From Polyangiales bacterium (GTDB lineage Bacteria > Myxococcota_A > Polyangia > Polyangiales > Polyangiaceae): 64,000 nt of DNA. Made by a program: the position numbers and the translations under genes. The notes under the pieces are model-generated. The model was not told where the DNA came from and made no database searches. It was given only the letters and a program-made list of their open reading frames with translations. Positions 1 through 9,298 of this stretch are shown here, piece after piece (position 1 is the stretch's first letter; each line of letters begins with the position of its first letter). The stretch lies in the NCBI GenBank assembly GCA_038231275.1, contig JBBRLQ010000002.1, positions 32,001 through 96,000 of the forward strand, given 5' to 3'.

Positions 1-1359
1 ACGGGCTCTTCCTCGGGCAGCGCCGGAGACGGCGGCGGCGGTGGTGGGGGAGACGCGACGACGACGACCGACGGCGGCGGCGGCGGCGGCGCGGACGGAG
101 GCCTCGGCGACACGGGAGGCACGGGCGATGGCGTCGCTCCCCTTCCCGACGGAGGCGTGTCGTTGCCGCCGATCACACCGTCGCCGTGCGGCGGCAAGAT
201 CCATTGCGTGAAGCCGGGGGACGATCTGAAAGGCGTCCTCGCCTCGGCCGCGAGCGGCGACACGGTGCAGGTCGCGGCCGGAACGTTCAAGGGCAACTTC
301 GCCATCAACGGGAAATCCCTGCTCGTCGCCGGCGGCTTCGACCTCTCGTTCGCCGCGCGCGATCCGAAGACGCTCGAGACCAAGCTCGACGGAGGCGGCA
401 GCGGGACCGTCCTGGCCGTGATTGCCGACGGCTTCACCGTGCGCGTGGACGGCTTCACGATCACGAACGGCGGCGGCGATCCCGGCAACGCGTACAGCGG
501 CGCGGGCGTCGCGTGCGGGCTCGGCAAGGTCACCATCTCCACCAACCGCATCGTCTCCAACGTCGTCGCCTCCGCCAACATCGGGCTTACCGACACGCGC
601 GGCGGCGGTGTGCTCGCGAACGGCAACGGGCAGAGCGTCATCCAGATCGTCGGCAACCTCATCCAGGACAACGTGTCGGGGCGCGGCGCGGGCATCGCGA
701 GCTCCGACGTCGGCACGCTGCTCATCGACGGGAACGTCATCAAGAACAACCGCGCGTACAGCGATCACGGCGGCGGCGTCTTCATCAACTCGCCGAACGC
801 CACGGTTCGCGGCAACTGGATCGAGGGCAACGAGATCGGCCCCGCGGTGAATCCGTACGGGCTGGCCGGCGGCGTCTACATCCATCAGCAAGGCACCGTC
901 GCGCACCTCTCGTACAACACGTACACGAAGAACAAGGCCCCCTCGGCAGGCTCCGGATTCTTCGTCGACAACGCCGCGACGGCGACGCTCGATCACGAGC
1001 TTTTCTACGAGAACGCGTGCAACCAGAAGAGCGGCGCCGCGATCCTCGTCGACGCGACGGACAGCCCGCCGGTGATCGGCTCCACGCTGACCGTGACGTA
1101 CACGACCGTCGCCGATCACGTCTGCGCGTCGACATACGATGGCAACGGCGTGATGGTCGTCGGCCTCGGCTCCACCGCGACCGTCTCGCACAGCCTCTTC
1201 TGGAACAATGGGCCGAACCAATTCCAGTCCGCCGACAACGGGACGCCGCCGACCGTCGCGACGACGTTCACCGGGCCCGATCCGCTCTTCGTGGACGCGG
1301 CAAGCGGCGATTTCCACCTCAAGGCGGGCAGCCCGGCGGCGGGATTTGGTCGCTACTAG
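1..1359 (+). CDS. Right-handed parallel beta-helix (pectin-lyase-like) secreted protein, 5'-truncated by the window edge
   Basis: Frame 1 is open from base 1 (Gly/Asp/Thr linker TGSSSGSAGDGGGG). GDTVQVAAGTF, VDGFTITNG, repeated GGGV/IxxN coils, C-terminal DPLFVD..GDFHL..GSPA. Confidence 0.8.
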   Translation, partial: TGSSSGSAGDGGGGGGGDATTTTDGGGGGGADGGLGDTGGTGDGVAPLPDGGVSLPPITPSPCGGKIHCVKPGDDLKGVLASAASGDTVQVAAGTFKGNFAINGKSLLVAGGFDLSFAARDPKTLETKLDGGGSGTVLAVIADGFTVRVDGFTITNGGGDPGNAYSGAGVACGLGKVTISTNRIVSNVVASANIGLTDTRGGGVLANGNGQSVIQIVGNLIQDNVSGRGAGIASSDVGTLLIDGNVIKNNRAYSDHGGGVFINSPNATVRGNWIEGNEIGPAVNPYGLAGGVYIHQQGTVAHLSYNTYTKNKAPSAGSGFFVDNAATATLDHELFYENACNQKSGAAILVDATDSPPVIGSTLTVTYTTVADHVCASTYDGNGVMVVGLGSTATVSHSLFWNNGPNQFQSADNGTPPTVATTFTGPDPLFVDAASGDFHLKAGSPAAGFGRY

Positions 1360-1391
1360 TCGTTACTCGACGGTACTAGAGGAGCGCGGCG

Positions 1392-2096
1392 TCAGGAGAT
1401 CGCGCGCGCGAGGAAGTACGCCGTCGCAGCGGCGAGCGCGCCGATCACGAGCGTCTGGACCGCGCTGCGGACGGGCGCGGAGCCCGTGAAGCGACCTTTC
1501 ACGTATCCGAGCACGCCGAGCGCGACCGACGTGACGACGACGCTCCACTTGAGCCCCTCCGACGGACCGGCGGTCACGAAATACGGCGCGAGCGGGACGA
1601 GGCCGCCGATCGCGTACGCGACGCCGATCGTCAGCGCCGCCGTCCACGCGCGCCGCGGGTTCGGCTCGTCGAGGCCGAGCTCGAAGCGCATCATGAAATC
1701 CACCCACGCTTCGGGACGCGCGCGAAGGGCGGTCAGGACCGGCGCGACGTCCTCGCGCGTGAGGCCGTACCCCGCGAAGACCGCGGCGACCTCGTTCTCC
1801 TCTTCTTCCGGGATCTCCTTCACCTCGCGCGCCTCACGACGTCGCTCGCTCGCGTAGTGCTCGATCTCGCCGCGGCCGGCGAGGTAGCCGCCGAGGCCCA
1901 TCGAGATCGCCCCCGCCACGATCTCGGCGAGGCCGGCGGTCACGACGACATGCGACGAGCCGATCGCGCCCGACAGGCCCGCGGCGAGCGCGAAGGGGAC
2001 GGTGAGCCCGTCGCTCATTCCCAGTACGGCGTCGCGGACCATGAGCGAGCCGCCGAAGTGACGCTCGGCGTGCTCGTGCGAGTGAGGCTCTGACAT
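1392..2096 (-). CDS. VIT1/CCC1 family Fe/Mn transporter
   Basis: VRDAVLGMSDGLTVPF, AGAISMGLGGYLA, Glu-rich cytosolic metal-binding segment, FMMRFELG, five TM segments. Confidence 0.93.
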   Translation of the reverse strand: MSEPHSHEHAERHFGGSLMVRDAVLGMSDGLTVPFALAAGLSGAIGSSHVVVTAGLAEIVAGAISMGLGGYLAGRGEIEHYASERRREAREVKEIPEEEENEVAAVFAGYGLTREDVAPVLTALRARPEAWVDFMMRFELGLDEPNPRRAWTAALTIGVAYAIGGLVPLAPYFVTAGPSEGLKWSVVVTSVALGVLGYVKGRFTGSAPVRSAVQTLVIGALAAATAYFLARAIS

Positions 2097-2106
2097 CCCC
2101 CTCTAG

Positions 2107-2139
2107 TAGAGCGAACGTCGCTTGCACGGAACGGGCAAA
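2107..2139 (-). promoter_or_regulatory. 33-bp upstream element, copy 1 (shared with 50006-50038)
   Basis: + strand tagagcgaacgtcgcttgcacggaacgggcaaa; 29/33 identical to copy 2; ends 10 nt before the VIT1 ATG. Confidence 0.6.
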
Positions 2140-2205
2140 CGACGGTAGCGACCCACCAGACGTAGGGGGAACCGGCGCCGACTCACTAGCCGCAGTTGCG
2201 CGGCC

Positions 2206-3456
2206 TCAGGCCGGAGCTTTGAGGCGCCGATGCGCGAGGGGAATGCGGAGCTTGCGCAGGGCCTTCGTCTCGATCTGACGAATGCGCTCGCGCGTGAGCG
2301 AGAAGACCTTGCCGACCTCTTCGAGCGTGTGGTCGCGCGACTCGTCGATGCCGAAGCGCATGCGCAGGACCTTCTGCTCCCGCGCGTCGAGCGTGTGGAG
2401 GAGCGCGTGCGCCTGCTCGCGCGAGCGGCTATCCTGGAGCGCGTCGTCGGGCGCCGTGACGAGCTCGTCCTTCACGAAGTCGCCCACGTGGCCGTCGCCT
2501 TCTCCGCCGAGCGGCGTCTCGAGGCTGATCGGCTCCTTCGCGATGCGAAGCATGGCGTCGATCTTGTCGAGCGGCATGTCGGTCATCTTCGCGAGCTCTT
2601 CGGGCGTCGCGTCGCGACCGAGCTGCTGGACGACCTGCGCCTGCGCGCGCGAGAGGCGCCGCAAGCTCTCCACCATGTGGACCGGCACGCGGATGGTGCG
2701 GCCCTGGTCGGCGATCGCGCGCGAGAGCGACTGGCGCACCCACCACGTCGCGTACGTGCTGAAGCGGTAGCCCTTGCGGTAGTCGAACTTGTCGACGGCG
2801 CGCATGAGGCCGATGTTCCCCTCCTGGATGAGGTCGAGGAGCTGCAGGCCGTGGTTCACGTGCTTCTTCGCGAACGCGACGACGAGGCGCAAATTCGCCT
2901 CGACGAACTCCGCCTTCGCGCGATCGGCGATGCGGCGCTGCTGCTCGATGGAGGCGACGATCGGCCTCTCGCCGGCGTTGACGAGGGCGTGCAGCACGCG
3001 CTCCACGACCTTGCGCTGGAGGCGCACGTCCTCGAGGGCGCGCAGCACCTGGGCGAGGGCGCGCTTGTGGCCGGGAGTCTTGCGCTCCTTCTGGGTCGGG
3101 GCGCCGGCGAGCTTCGCCGCGCGCTCGATGACGCGGACCAGACGCGCGACCATGGCCTCGTCGTGGACCTCTTCCTCGTTGACGTTGCGGGCGAGCTCCT
3201 GAACGCCGAGCTTCCCGGCGCGCAGCTCTTTCGCCACGGCGGTGAGCTCGGGCGCGGCCGCCTTCGACGACAGCAGCGCGGCCACGATGGTCCGCTCTGC
3301 TTCCTCGATGCGACGCGCGAGCTCGATCTCACCCTCGCGGGTGAGGAGCGGCACCCGCGCCATCTTCTGGAAGTAGAACTGGACGGTGTCGAGGCTCGGA
3401 GCCTTTTCGGTATTGTTCGCCGCCTGACCGGGGGGCGGCACGTTGAACTTCTTCAC
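2206..3456 (-). CDS. RpoD/SigA-family sigma-70 factor lacking region 1.1 (alternative, group 2-like)
   Basis: Region 1.2 ([16 protein letters not shown]), region 2 ([31 protein letters not shown]), region 4.2 ([15 protein letters not shown]). Confidence 0.93.
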   Translation of the reverse strand: MKKFNVPPPGQAANNTEKAPSLDTVQFYFQKMARVPLLTREGEIELARRIEEAERTIVAALLSSKAAAPELTAVAKELRAGKLGVQELARNVNEEEVHDEAMVARLVRVIERAAKLAGAPTQKERKTPGHKRALAQVLRALEDVRLQRKVVERVLHALVNAGERPIVASIEQQRRIADRAKAEFVEANLRLVVAFAKKHVNHGLQLLDLIQEGNIGLMRAVDKFDYRKGYRFSTYATWWVRQSLSRAIADQGRTIRVPVHMVESLRRLSRAQAQVVQQLGRDATPEELAKMTDMPLDKIDAMLRIAKEPISLETPLGGEGDGHVGDFVKDELVTAPDDALQDSRSREQAHALLHTLDAREQKVLRMRFGIDESRDHTLEEVGKVFSLTRERIRQIETKALRKLRIPLAHRRLKAPA

Positions 3457-3668
3457 GACAGTTACTGCGATGCTCGTGACGTCGAAGTGAGCGCGCTGAC
3501 GTCGACGGCTACGGGTAAGCGCTCGGGCATATTATTAAGCACGAACGGCTCCTGTGCCCGTCCATTCAGGACAAACCCGCTGGAAAATGCCAGACGGACG
3601 AGCTGTGTAGGGGGCACACCTTCCCTGCCGCTCGGCGGGACCAGCGCGAAATCCTTCGTCGTGGCGCG

Positions 3669-6600
3669 CTATTGCCCGAGGAGGCGGCTGACCGAGCCCA
3701 CCAGGATCAGGCGGTCGTCGTTGGTGTCCGCGACGTACAGCCGAGAGGTGAACAATGGCGTCGGCTCCACGGCCACTCCTGCGGGCCCGGCCATGGTCAG
3801 CCCGCCGCTCGCGCCGAGGAGCGACTGGGCGCTCACGCCGGTGCCGTCGGCCGGAAGCGAAAAGACCGCGACGCGAGGCTGGTCGCGGTCGACGACGTAG
3901 ATGTTGGCGCCGTCGTGGGCGAGCGCGACGGGCCCGGCAAGGCGCCCCCGATCGGCGGCGGACGACGCGGCGCCGCGGCTCGTCAGGTCGAGCTGACCGA
4001 GGACCGACGAGGCCGCCGCGCCGCTGGCCGTCGGGATCGTCGCGAAGCGGAGGACGCGGTTGTTGCCCGCGTCGGCGATGAAGAGAGCGCCGCCCGCGAC
4101 GTCCACCGCCGTCGGGTTCGCGAGCGTGTCGGCGCCCGCGACGCCGGCGCCGTGGTTGGGTAAGGCGTCGCCACCGCCGGCCTGGCCGAGGACGAGGTCG
4201 GCCGGCTGGCCGCTCGTGGTCGGGAACGCGTTCCACACGAGCACGCGGCTGTTGCCCGTGTCGGCGACGAAGAGGCGCGTGCCGTCGGAGTAGACACCTT
4301 CGGGCGCGCGCAGTGTCGCGAGCGCAGGAGCGCCTCCCGCGTTCGGCGCGTTCTTGTCGAAGCCGGTCTGCCCGAGCACGACAACGGCGTCGGGGCTCGG
4401 GCTCGTGGCGTCGAAGACGAGGACGCGATGGTTGCCGGTGTCGGCGATGACCACGTGCGCCGCGTCGACGTGAACGCCGCGCGGGAGCTGGAGGGACCGC
4501 GCCGACGGAGCGCCGCCCGAGTTGGGGAGGATGAGGTTGGCGTCCGGCTGTCCAATCACGCGCGTCGGGAGATCGCCCGCCTTGGGCGGCGTCGACAGGA
4601 CGACGACGCGGTGATGGCCCGTATCGGCGACGTAGAGGTTGGTCCCGAATCGCGCGAGGCCGTGCGGACGTCCCGATACTCCACCGCTCGCCGCGCTCGC
4701 TTGGTTGAATCCATTCGACACGGGCGAGGGCTGTCCGACGAACGTCGTCGCTGGCGCGCCCGTCGGAGGCGCAGTCGCGACGTTCCACCCGAGCACGCGA
4801 TGGTTCGCGGCGTCGGCGACGAAGAGCGTCGCGCCGTCGGTAGCGAGGCCGCTCGGCTCGGACAACGATCCCGCGCCGAGCCCTGGCCCGTTCGCGGTCG
4901 CGCCGCTCACCGTGGTTTGCCCCAGCACCGCGACGTGCGCGAGCGTCGTCGGATCGAAGACGTGCACGCGGTTGGAGTCACGCTCCGAGACGTAGATGCC
5001 CGAATCGGTCGCCACGACGCCGAGCGGGCGAAGGACCGTCGCGGCGTTCGTGGGGGGAGACACCCACACGCCGACGTTGACGCTGGACTGCGGAAAGTAG
5101 TTGAGGTCCGAGATCGTCGTTGCGTTCGGCTGCCCCACCCACGCGTCGGCGACGGGCGCGGTGAAGGCGTTGACGACGCGGACGGCGCGGTTGTTCTCGG
5201 TGTCGGCGACCCAGAGCGACGTCCCGCGAATGGATACGGCGCTCGGGAGATCGAAGCCGTCGGCGCTCGCGGAGTACGCTCCTCCGCCGCGGTTCGGCTG
5301 GTTGGCCGTGAACGACGCTTGGCCGAGGACGGCGTCCGCCGGCGCATCGTTTGTCGTCGGGATCGTGTTCCACACGAGGACGCGGTGGTTCAACCGATCG
5401 GCGACAACGAGGTGAGTCCCGTCGGTCGCGACGCCCTCCGGGTAGAACATCCCGTTCGCCGCAGCGTCCGAGAATCCGTCGGCCGGCGCGACGTCGCCGC
5501 GTCCGTGATTGGGCCGGCGACCCGCGAAATCGGCCTGGCCGAGCACGACGTTGGCGGGAGCGCCGGAGGTCGTGGGCACGGGGCTCCAGATCAAGACGCG
5601 GTGGTTCTCGCTGTCGGCGACGACGAGGTGGGTCGCGTCGAGGGCCACGCCTCCGGGCCCGGACATCCGCGAGGCCGTCGCGCTGACGATGTCCCCGTTG
5701 GCCACGTAGCCCCTCGCGTCGGTCTGACCGAGGACCACCTTCGCCGCGGCGGGCGGCGCGCCGAGGTCGGCTTGATCGTAAATCGTCACGCGGTTGTTGC
5801 CGCGATCGGCGACGGCCACCTTGCCCCCGGAGACGGCGACTGCCCCCGGCGACGCCAGCGTGGTGGCACCGATTCCGCGGTAGTCGACGGGCAGGTTGGT
5901 CGAGAACCCAGCCTGTCCGAAGACGAACGACGCCGGCTCGTAGTTGTACGTGGGCCCGTCGAATACGAGGAGACGATTGCCGTCGGGGACGAGAAGGCGG
6001 TTACCTGCGCCGCTCAGCTTCGTGACACCCGAGCATGACGAGGCGTTCACGAAGCCGGTGACGGTGCGCGTCGAATCGGGCTGTCCGAGCACGAAGTCGT
6101 AGACGGGATTGGCCGCGGTCGGGATGGCCTTGAAGACCCCGATGCGCTGCGAGCTGTTGTCGCGCACCGCGAGGCCGCCGCCGATCTGCGCGAGCGACGC
6201 GGGCGTGTACGTCGTGTCCGGTTGGACGCGGCTGAAGCTGTACGTCGCGAAATCGGGCGTCGGGTTCATCGCGACGGCCGAAGGGACGTGCATCACCCCC
6301 GTGAAGCCGAACTGGCTGCTCACGAACGCGCCCTGCGCCGACAGCGACACGCCCCACGCCTGGTAAATCGGCGCCGCGCCTTGGTCGATGCCGTTCGACG
6401 TGAACGACGGCTGCCCGATCACGCTCGTCGCGGCTTGCCCGAGCGACACCGGGAAGGTGTCCCAAAGGAGCACGCGATGGTTCAACAGATCGGCGACCGC
6501 CAGGCGCGTGCCATCCGAGTCGACCTGCGCCGCGTTATGGAGCGAGCTCGCCGAGACGCCTCCGTTGTTCGTGATGTCGGTCGAAAAATCTTGCTGGCCC

Positions 6601-7502
6601 AGCACGAGGTCGGCGGGCGCGAACGTCGCCGTCGGGAGCGTGCTCCACACGAGGATGCGGCTGCCGGTGCCGACGACGAGCTTCGTCCCGTTCGACCACA
6701 CCGCGCCGACGCCGCCTCGGAAGACCGACGACGAGGCCGTGGTCGACGTCGTGTTGAGATCGGCCTGGCCGAGGATCATGTCGGGCGCTTGACCGGGCGA
6801 CGTGGGCAGGCCCTTGTAGACGAGGAGGCGCGCGCCATTCCCCACGTAGAGGCGAGTCCCGTCCCAATATGCAGCGCCGACGCCGTTCGTCGCGATGCTG
6901 CGAAGAATGCTCGCGGGATCCTTCGTCGAGTTGACGTCGATGCCTGCGTAGCCGTCCACAGTCCATCCTCCCGAGCGCTTCGTCACGCCGAAGGTGCCGC
7001 TGTCCGTGACGATGCCTGCGACCCCCGAGGGCTGCGCCGAGGACGTGCCCACGAGCGCCGAGCCTCCTTGCGGCTTGTAGACGAAGAGCGCGGAGGCGGC
7101 GTCGACCGCGCCGTCGAGCGCGATCGCGAGGCTCAGCTCCTGCTTGAGCGCGCCGCCTTGGGGAAGCGCCACCTCGCACAAAAACGCGCCGACCGCGTCG
7201 CCCACGATCTCGGCGGGGACCGGCTTTTCGGCGAGCCCGACGGCCGTGCCGAGCGGAAGGGTGCCGCGCGGCGCCGTGAGCCTGCAGTGCCCCTCGACGC
7301 AGCCCCCGGCGAGCCGCTCTTCGGTGCACTGCGCTCCGGGCGGTGCGGTGTCCGGCCCCGCATCGACCACCACGTCCGGCGACGCGTCGGGCAGCCCGTT
7401 GTCGGCGCTCGAGTCCGTTCCGCACCCGAGCGCCCCCATCCCTGAGAGCGCGCCCGCCAAGGCGATCCCCGACACCACCCCAATTCGCATGGCAAACCTC
7501 AT
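3669..7502 (-). CDS. Large NHL-repeat beta-propeller lipoprotein with possible N-terminal ZU5-like domain
   Basis: Signal peptide ending ALGC; many VAD..N.RVL / AD.VLGQ..F repeats. Start placed at ATG 7502 (alternative 7490) rather than 7622. Confidence 0.85.
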   Translation of the reverse strand: MRFAMRIGVVSGIALAGALSGMGALGCGTDSSADNGLPDASPDVVVDAGPDTAPPGAQCTEERLAGGCVEGHCRLTAPRGTLPLGTAVGLAEKPVPAEIVGDAVGAFLCEVALPQGGALKQELSLAIALDGAVDAASALFVYKPQGGSALVGTSSAQPSGVAGIVTDSGTFGVTKRSGGWTVDGYAGIDVNSTKDPASILRSIATNGVGAAYWDGTRLYVGNGARLLVYKGLPTSPGQAPDMILGQADLNTTSTTASSSVFRGGVGAVWSNGTKLVVGTGSRILVWSTLPTATFAPADLVLGQQDFSTDITNNGGVSASSLHNAAQVDSDGTRLAVADLLNHRVLLWDTFPVSLGQAATSVIGQPSFTSNGIDQGAAPIYQAWGVSLSAQGAFVSSQFGFTGVMHVPSAVAMNPTPDFATYSFSRVQPDTTYTPASLAQIGGGLAVRDNSSQRIGVFKAIPTAANPVYDFVLGQPDSTRTVTGFVNASSCSGVTKLSGAGNRLLVPDGNRLLVFDGPTYNYEPASFVFGQAGFSTNLPVDYRGIGATTLASPGAVAVSGGKVAVADRGNNRVTIYDQADLGAPPAAAKVVLGQTDARGYVANGDIVSATASRMSGPGGVALDATHLVVADSENHRVLIWSPVPTTSGAPANVVLGQADFAGRRPNHGRGDVAPADGFSDAAANGMFYPEGVATDGTHLVVADRLNHRVLVWNTIPTTNDAPADAVLGQASFTANQPNRGGGAYSASADGFDLPSAVSIRGTSLWVADTENNRAVRVVNAFTAPVADAWVGQPNATTISDLNYFPQSSVNVGVWVSPPTNAATVLRPLGVVATDSGIYVSERDSNRVHVFDPTTLAHVAVLGQTTVSGATANGPGLGAGSLSEPSGLATDGATLFVADAANHRVLGWNVATAPPTGAPATTFVGQPSPVSNGFNQASAASGGVSGRPHGLARFGTNLYVADTGHHRVVVLSTPPKAGDLPTRVIGQPDANLILPNSGGAPSARSLQLPRGVHVDAAHVVIADTGNHRVLVFDATSPSPDAVVVLGQTGFDKNAPNAGGAPALATLRAPEGVYSDGTRLFVADTGNSRVLVWNAFPTTSGQPADLVLGQAGGGDALPNHGAGVAGADTLANPTAVDVAGGALFIADAGNNRVLRFATIPTASGAAASSVLGQLDLTSRGAASSAADRGRLAGPVALAHDGANIYVVDRDQPRVAVFSLPADGTGVSAQSLLGASGGLTMAGPAGVAVEPTPLFTSRLYVADTNDDRLILVGSVSRLLGQ

Positions 7503-7630
7503 CAGTCTTGCTCCGATAAGCGAACTTTCAACTCTAGCACGGCGCGTCTGCCGCACCGCACATGGGCGGCCCGCGCCTTTTCGATCATTGCGTCGAACGA
7601 ATTCGTGCGGCCGCGCTCCCAAGGTGCTGC

Positions 7631-8494
7631 ATGCGCGTCCCGATCCGCGCCTCGATCCCGCTCGCCGCGGCCCTCGGGGCCATCGCCGTCCTCGTCCCGT
7701 CGGGCGACCTCGCCGCGTTCGAGCTCGCGACCACCAAGGGCGGGCACGAGCTTCGGTGGGAGACCGACGCGATCGAGCTGGTCCTCGATCCGAGCTTCAT
7801 CGGCTCGGCGTACGGTGCCGCAGACGCAGCGAGGGATGCGGCGCGGGCGTGGAGCGGCGTCGCGGGCGCCCCGGAGATCCGCGTGACGAACGGGGCGGGC
7901 GGAGACGAGATCGGCGCGATCGGCCGGAACGTCGTGTTCTTCGTGCCGGGTGGGTACCCAAAGGCCAATGGTGCCCTCGCCGTCACGGTCGTCACGTTCG
8001 ACGCCAACGGACGGATCGTGGACGCCGACATCGTCGTCAGCGGCGCGTACCGCTTCGGCGTGCTCGACGCGGCGGCCCGATCGACGGACGAGCGGGCCGC
8101 CCAGGCCGACGCGCCTGGGCCCCTCGCGACGAGCGCGGCCCTTGCCTTTGATGAGAACGACCGCTTCGACCTCGTGCACGTCCTCGCGCACGAGACGGGG
8201 CACCTCCTCGGCCTCGCCGACGCGAAGGGCGACTCCACTGCCGTCATGTTCCGGACGACGGCGCCCAACGACGCGTCGCGACGCGCCCCGAACGCCGACG
8301 ATCTCGGCGGGATACGTGCACTCTACACTCCTGCGTCCCACGGCTGCGCGGGCGCGTCGGTGTCGCCGGTGCCGCCGGCGCCCGGCGTCCCGCTCGGCTC
8401 CGTCGCCCTCCTCGTCGCTGGCGCGCTCGTCCTCGCGGCGCGCTCGCAGCGGGTCAGGTCAGGGCGCGGTCCAGCGTCCGTTGCAGCTCGATGA
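7631..8494 (+). CDS. Matrixin-like metzincin metalloprotease with C-terminal TM/MYXO-CTERM-like anchor
   Basis: Signal peptide, IVDADI, HETGHLLGLAD, Met-turn AVMF, DDLGGIRALY, GC + hydrophobic + basic tail. Confidence 0.85.
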   Translation: MRVPIRASIPLAAALGAIAVLVPSGDLAAFELATTKGGHELRWETDAIELVLDPSFIGSAYGAADAARDAARAWSGVAGAPEIRVTNGAGGDEIGAIGRNVVFFVPGGYPKANGALAVTVVTFDANGRIVDADIVVSGAYRFGVLDAAARSTDERAAQADAPGPLATSAALAFDENDRFDLVHVLAHETGHLLGLADAKGDSTAVMFRTTAPNDASRRAPNADDLGGIRALYTPASHGCAGASVSPVPPAPGVPLGSVALLVAGALVLAARSQRVRSGRGPASVAAR

Positions 8495-9065
8495 GATCGA
8501 CCAGATCCTCGACGTAGTCCATCTTCGTGGTGTCGATCCTGACGATCGGCGACAGATCGTAGGACCCGAACCATCGCCCATAGAGCCGATGAAGGCGCCG
8601 CAGGTACGCGTCGGGGATCGTCTGCTCCATCGCGCGGCCTCGCGTCTGGATCCGCTTCTTCGTCGCGCCGAGCGAGCAGGTGATCGCGATGAGCACATCC
8701 GGCGGGCGCAGCATCCGGCGGATGCCAGTGTAGAGGCGCTGGTAGACCTCCCAGTCGCGCTTCGTCATCATCTTTTGCTCGAAGAGGTTGCGCGCGAAGA
8801 TCTCCGCGTCCTCGTAGATCGTGCGATCGATGACCGCCGGCTTTCCGCCGCGCTCGAGCTCCTGGTGCAGCTCCAACTTGTGCGCGAGGAAGTAGCACTG
8901 CGACGCGAGCGCCCAGCGCTTCATGTCGCGGTAGAAATCCTCGAGGTACGGGTTCGTCTCGTTCGGCTCGAAGAACGGCGTGTAGCCGTAGCGTTTGACG
9001 AGCCACGCGACGAGCGACGTCTTGCCCGCGCCGATCGTCCCGGCGACCGCGACGTACCGCTTCAT
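8454..9065 (-). CDS. Deoxynucleoside kinase
   Basis: P-loop GTIGAGKTS, NPYLEDFY, DRTIYED, RGR lid. Confidence 0.93.
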   Translation of the reverse strand: MKRYVAVAGTIGAGKTSLVAWLVKRYGYTPFFEPNETNPYLEDFYRDMKRWALASQCYFLAHKLELHQELERGGKPAVIDRTIYEDAEIFARNLFEQKMMTKRDWEVYQRLYTGIRRMLRPPDVLIAITCSLGATKKRIQTRGRAMEQTIPDAYLRRLHRLYGRWFGSYDLSPIVRIDTTKMDYVEDLVDLIELQRTLDRALT

Positions 9066-9286
9066 CGCTTGGCGGGGGTCTCGCCGCTCGCGCGCCTTGC
9101 TTCGCAGAAGGCGCGCAGGCTCTTGGCGTGCTCTTCGATCCGTCGGAGCTGCTCGTCGTCGGTAGCGTCTTTCGCGTCGAGGAGGAGCTCGCTGAGCTGC
9201 GCGAGGTCCCGGGGCTGCGCGACGGTACGCAGCTCGACCAGCGCAATTTCGATGAGGTCGACGACGGAGTCTCGCAGCTCGGTCAT
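9062..9286 (-). CDS. Small hypothetical helical protein (74 aa)
   Basis: Fills the gap between glgX and the kinase; 4-nt overlap with the kinase start; GAAGGG upstream. Confidence 0.65.
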   Translation of the reverse strand: MTELRDSVVDLIEIALVELRTVAQPRDLAQLSELLLDAKDATDDEQLRRIEEHAKSLRAFCEARRASGETPAKR

Positions 9287-9298
9287 GCGCCCTTCAGC

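Noticed and set aside
3528-3540. AT-rich patch upstream of the sigma gene as a -10 box
   Set aside because: Plausible, but no convincing -35 partner; not supportable.
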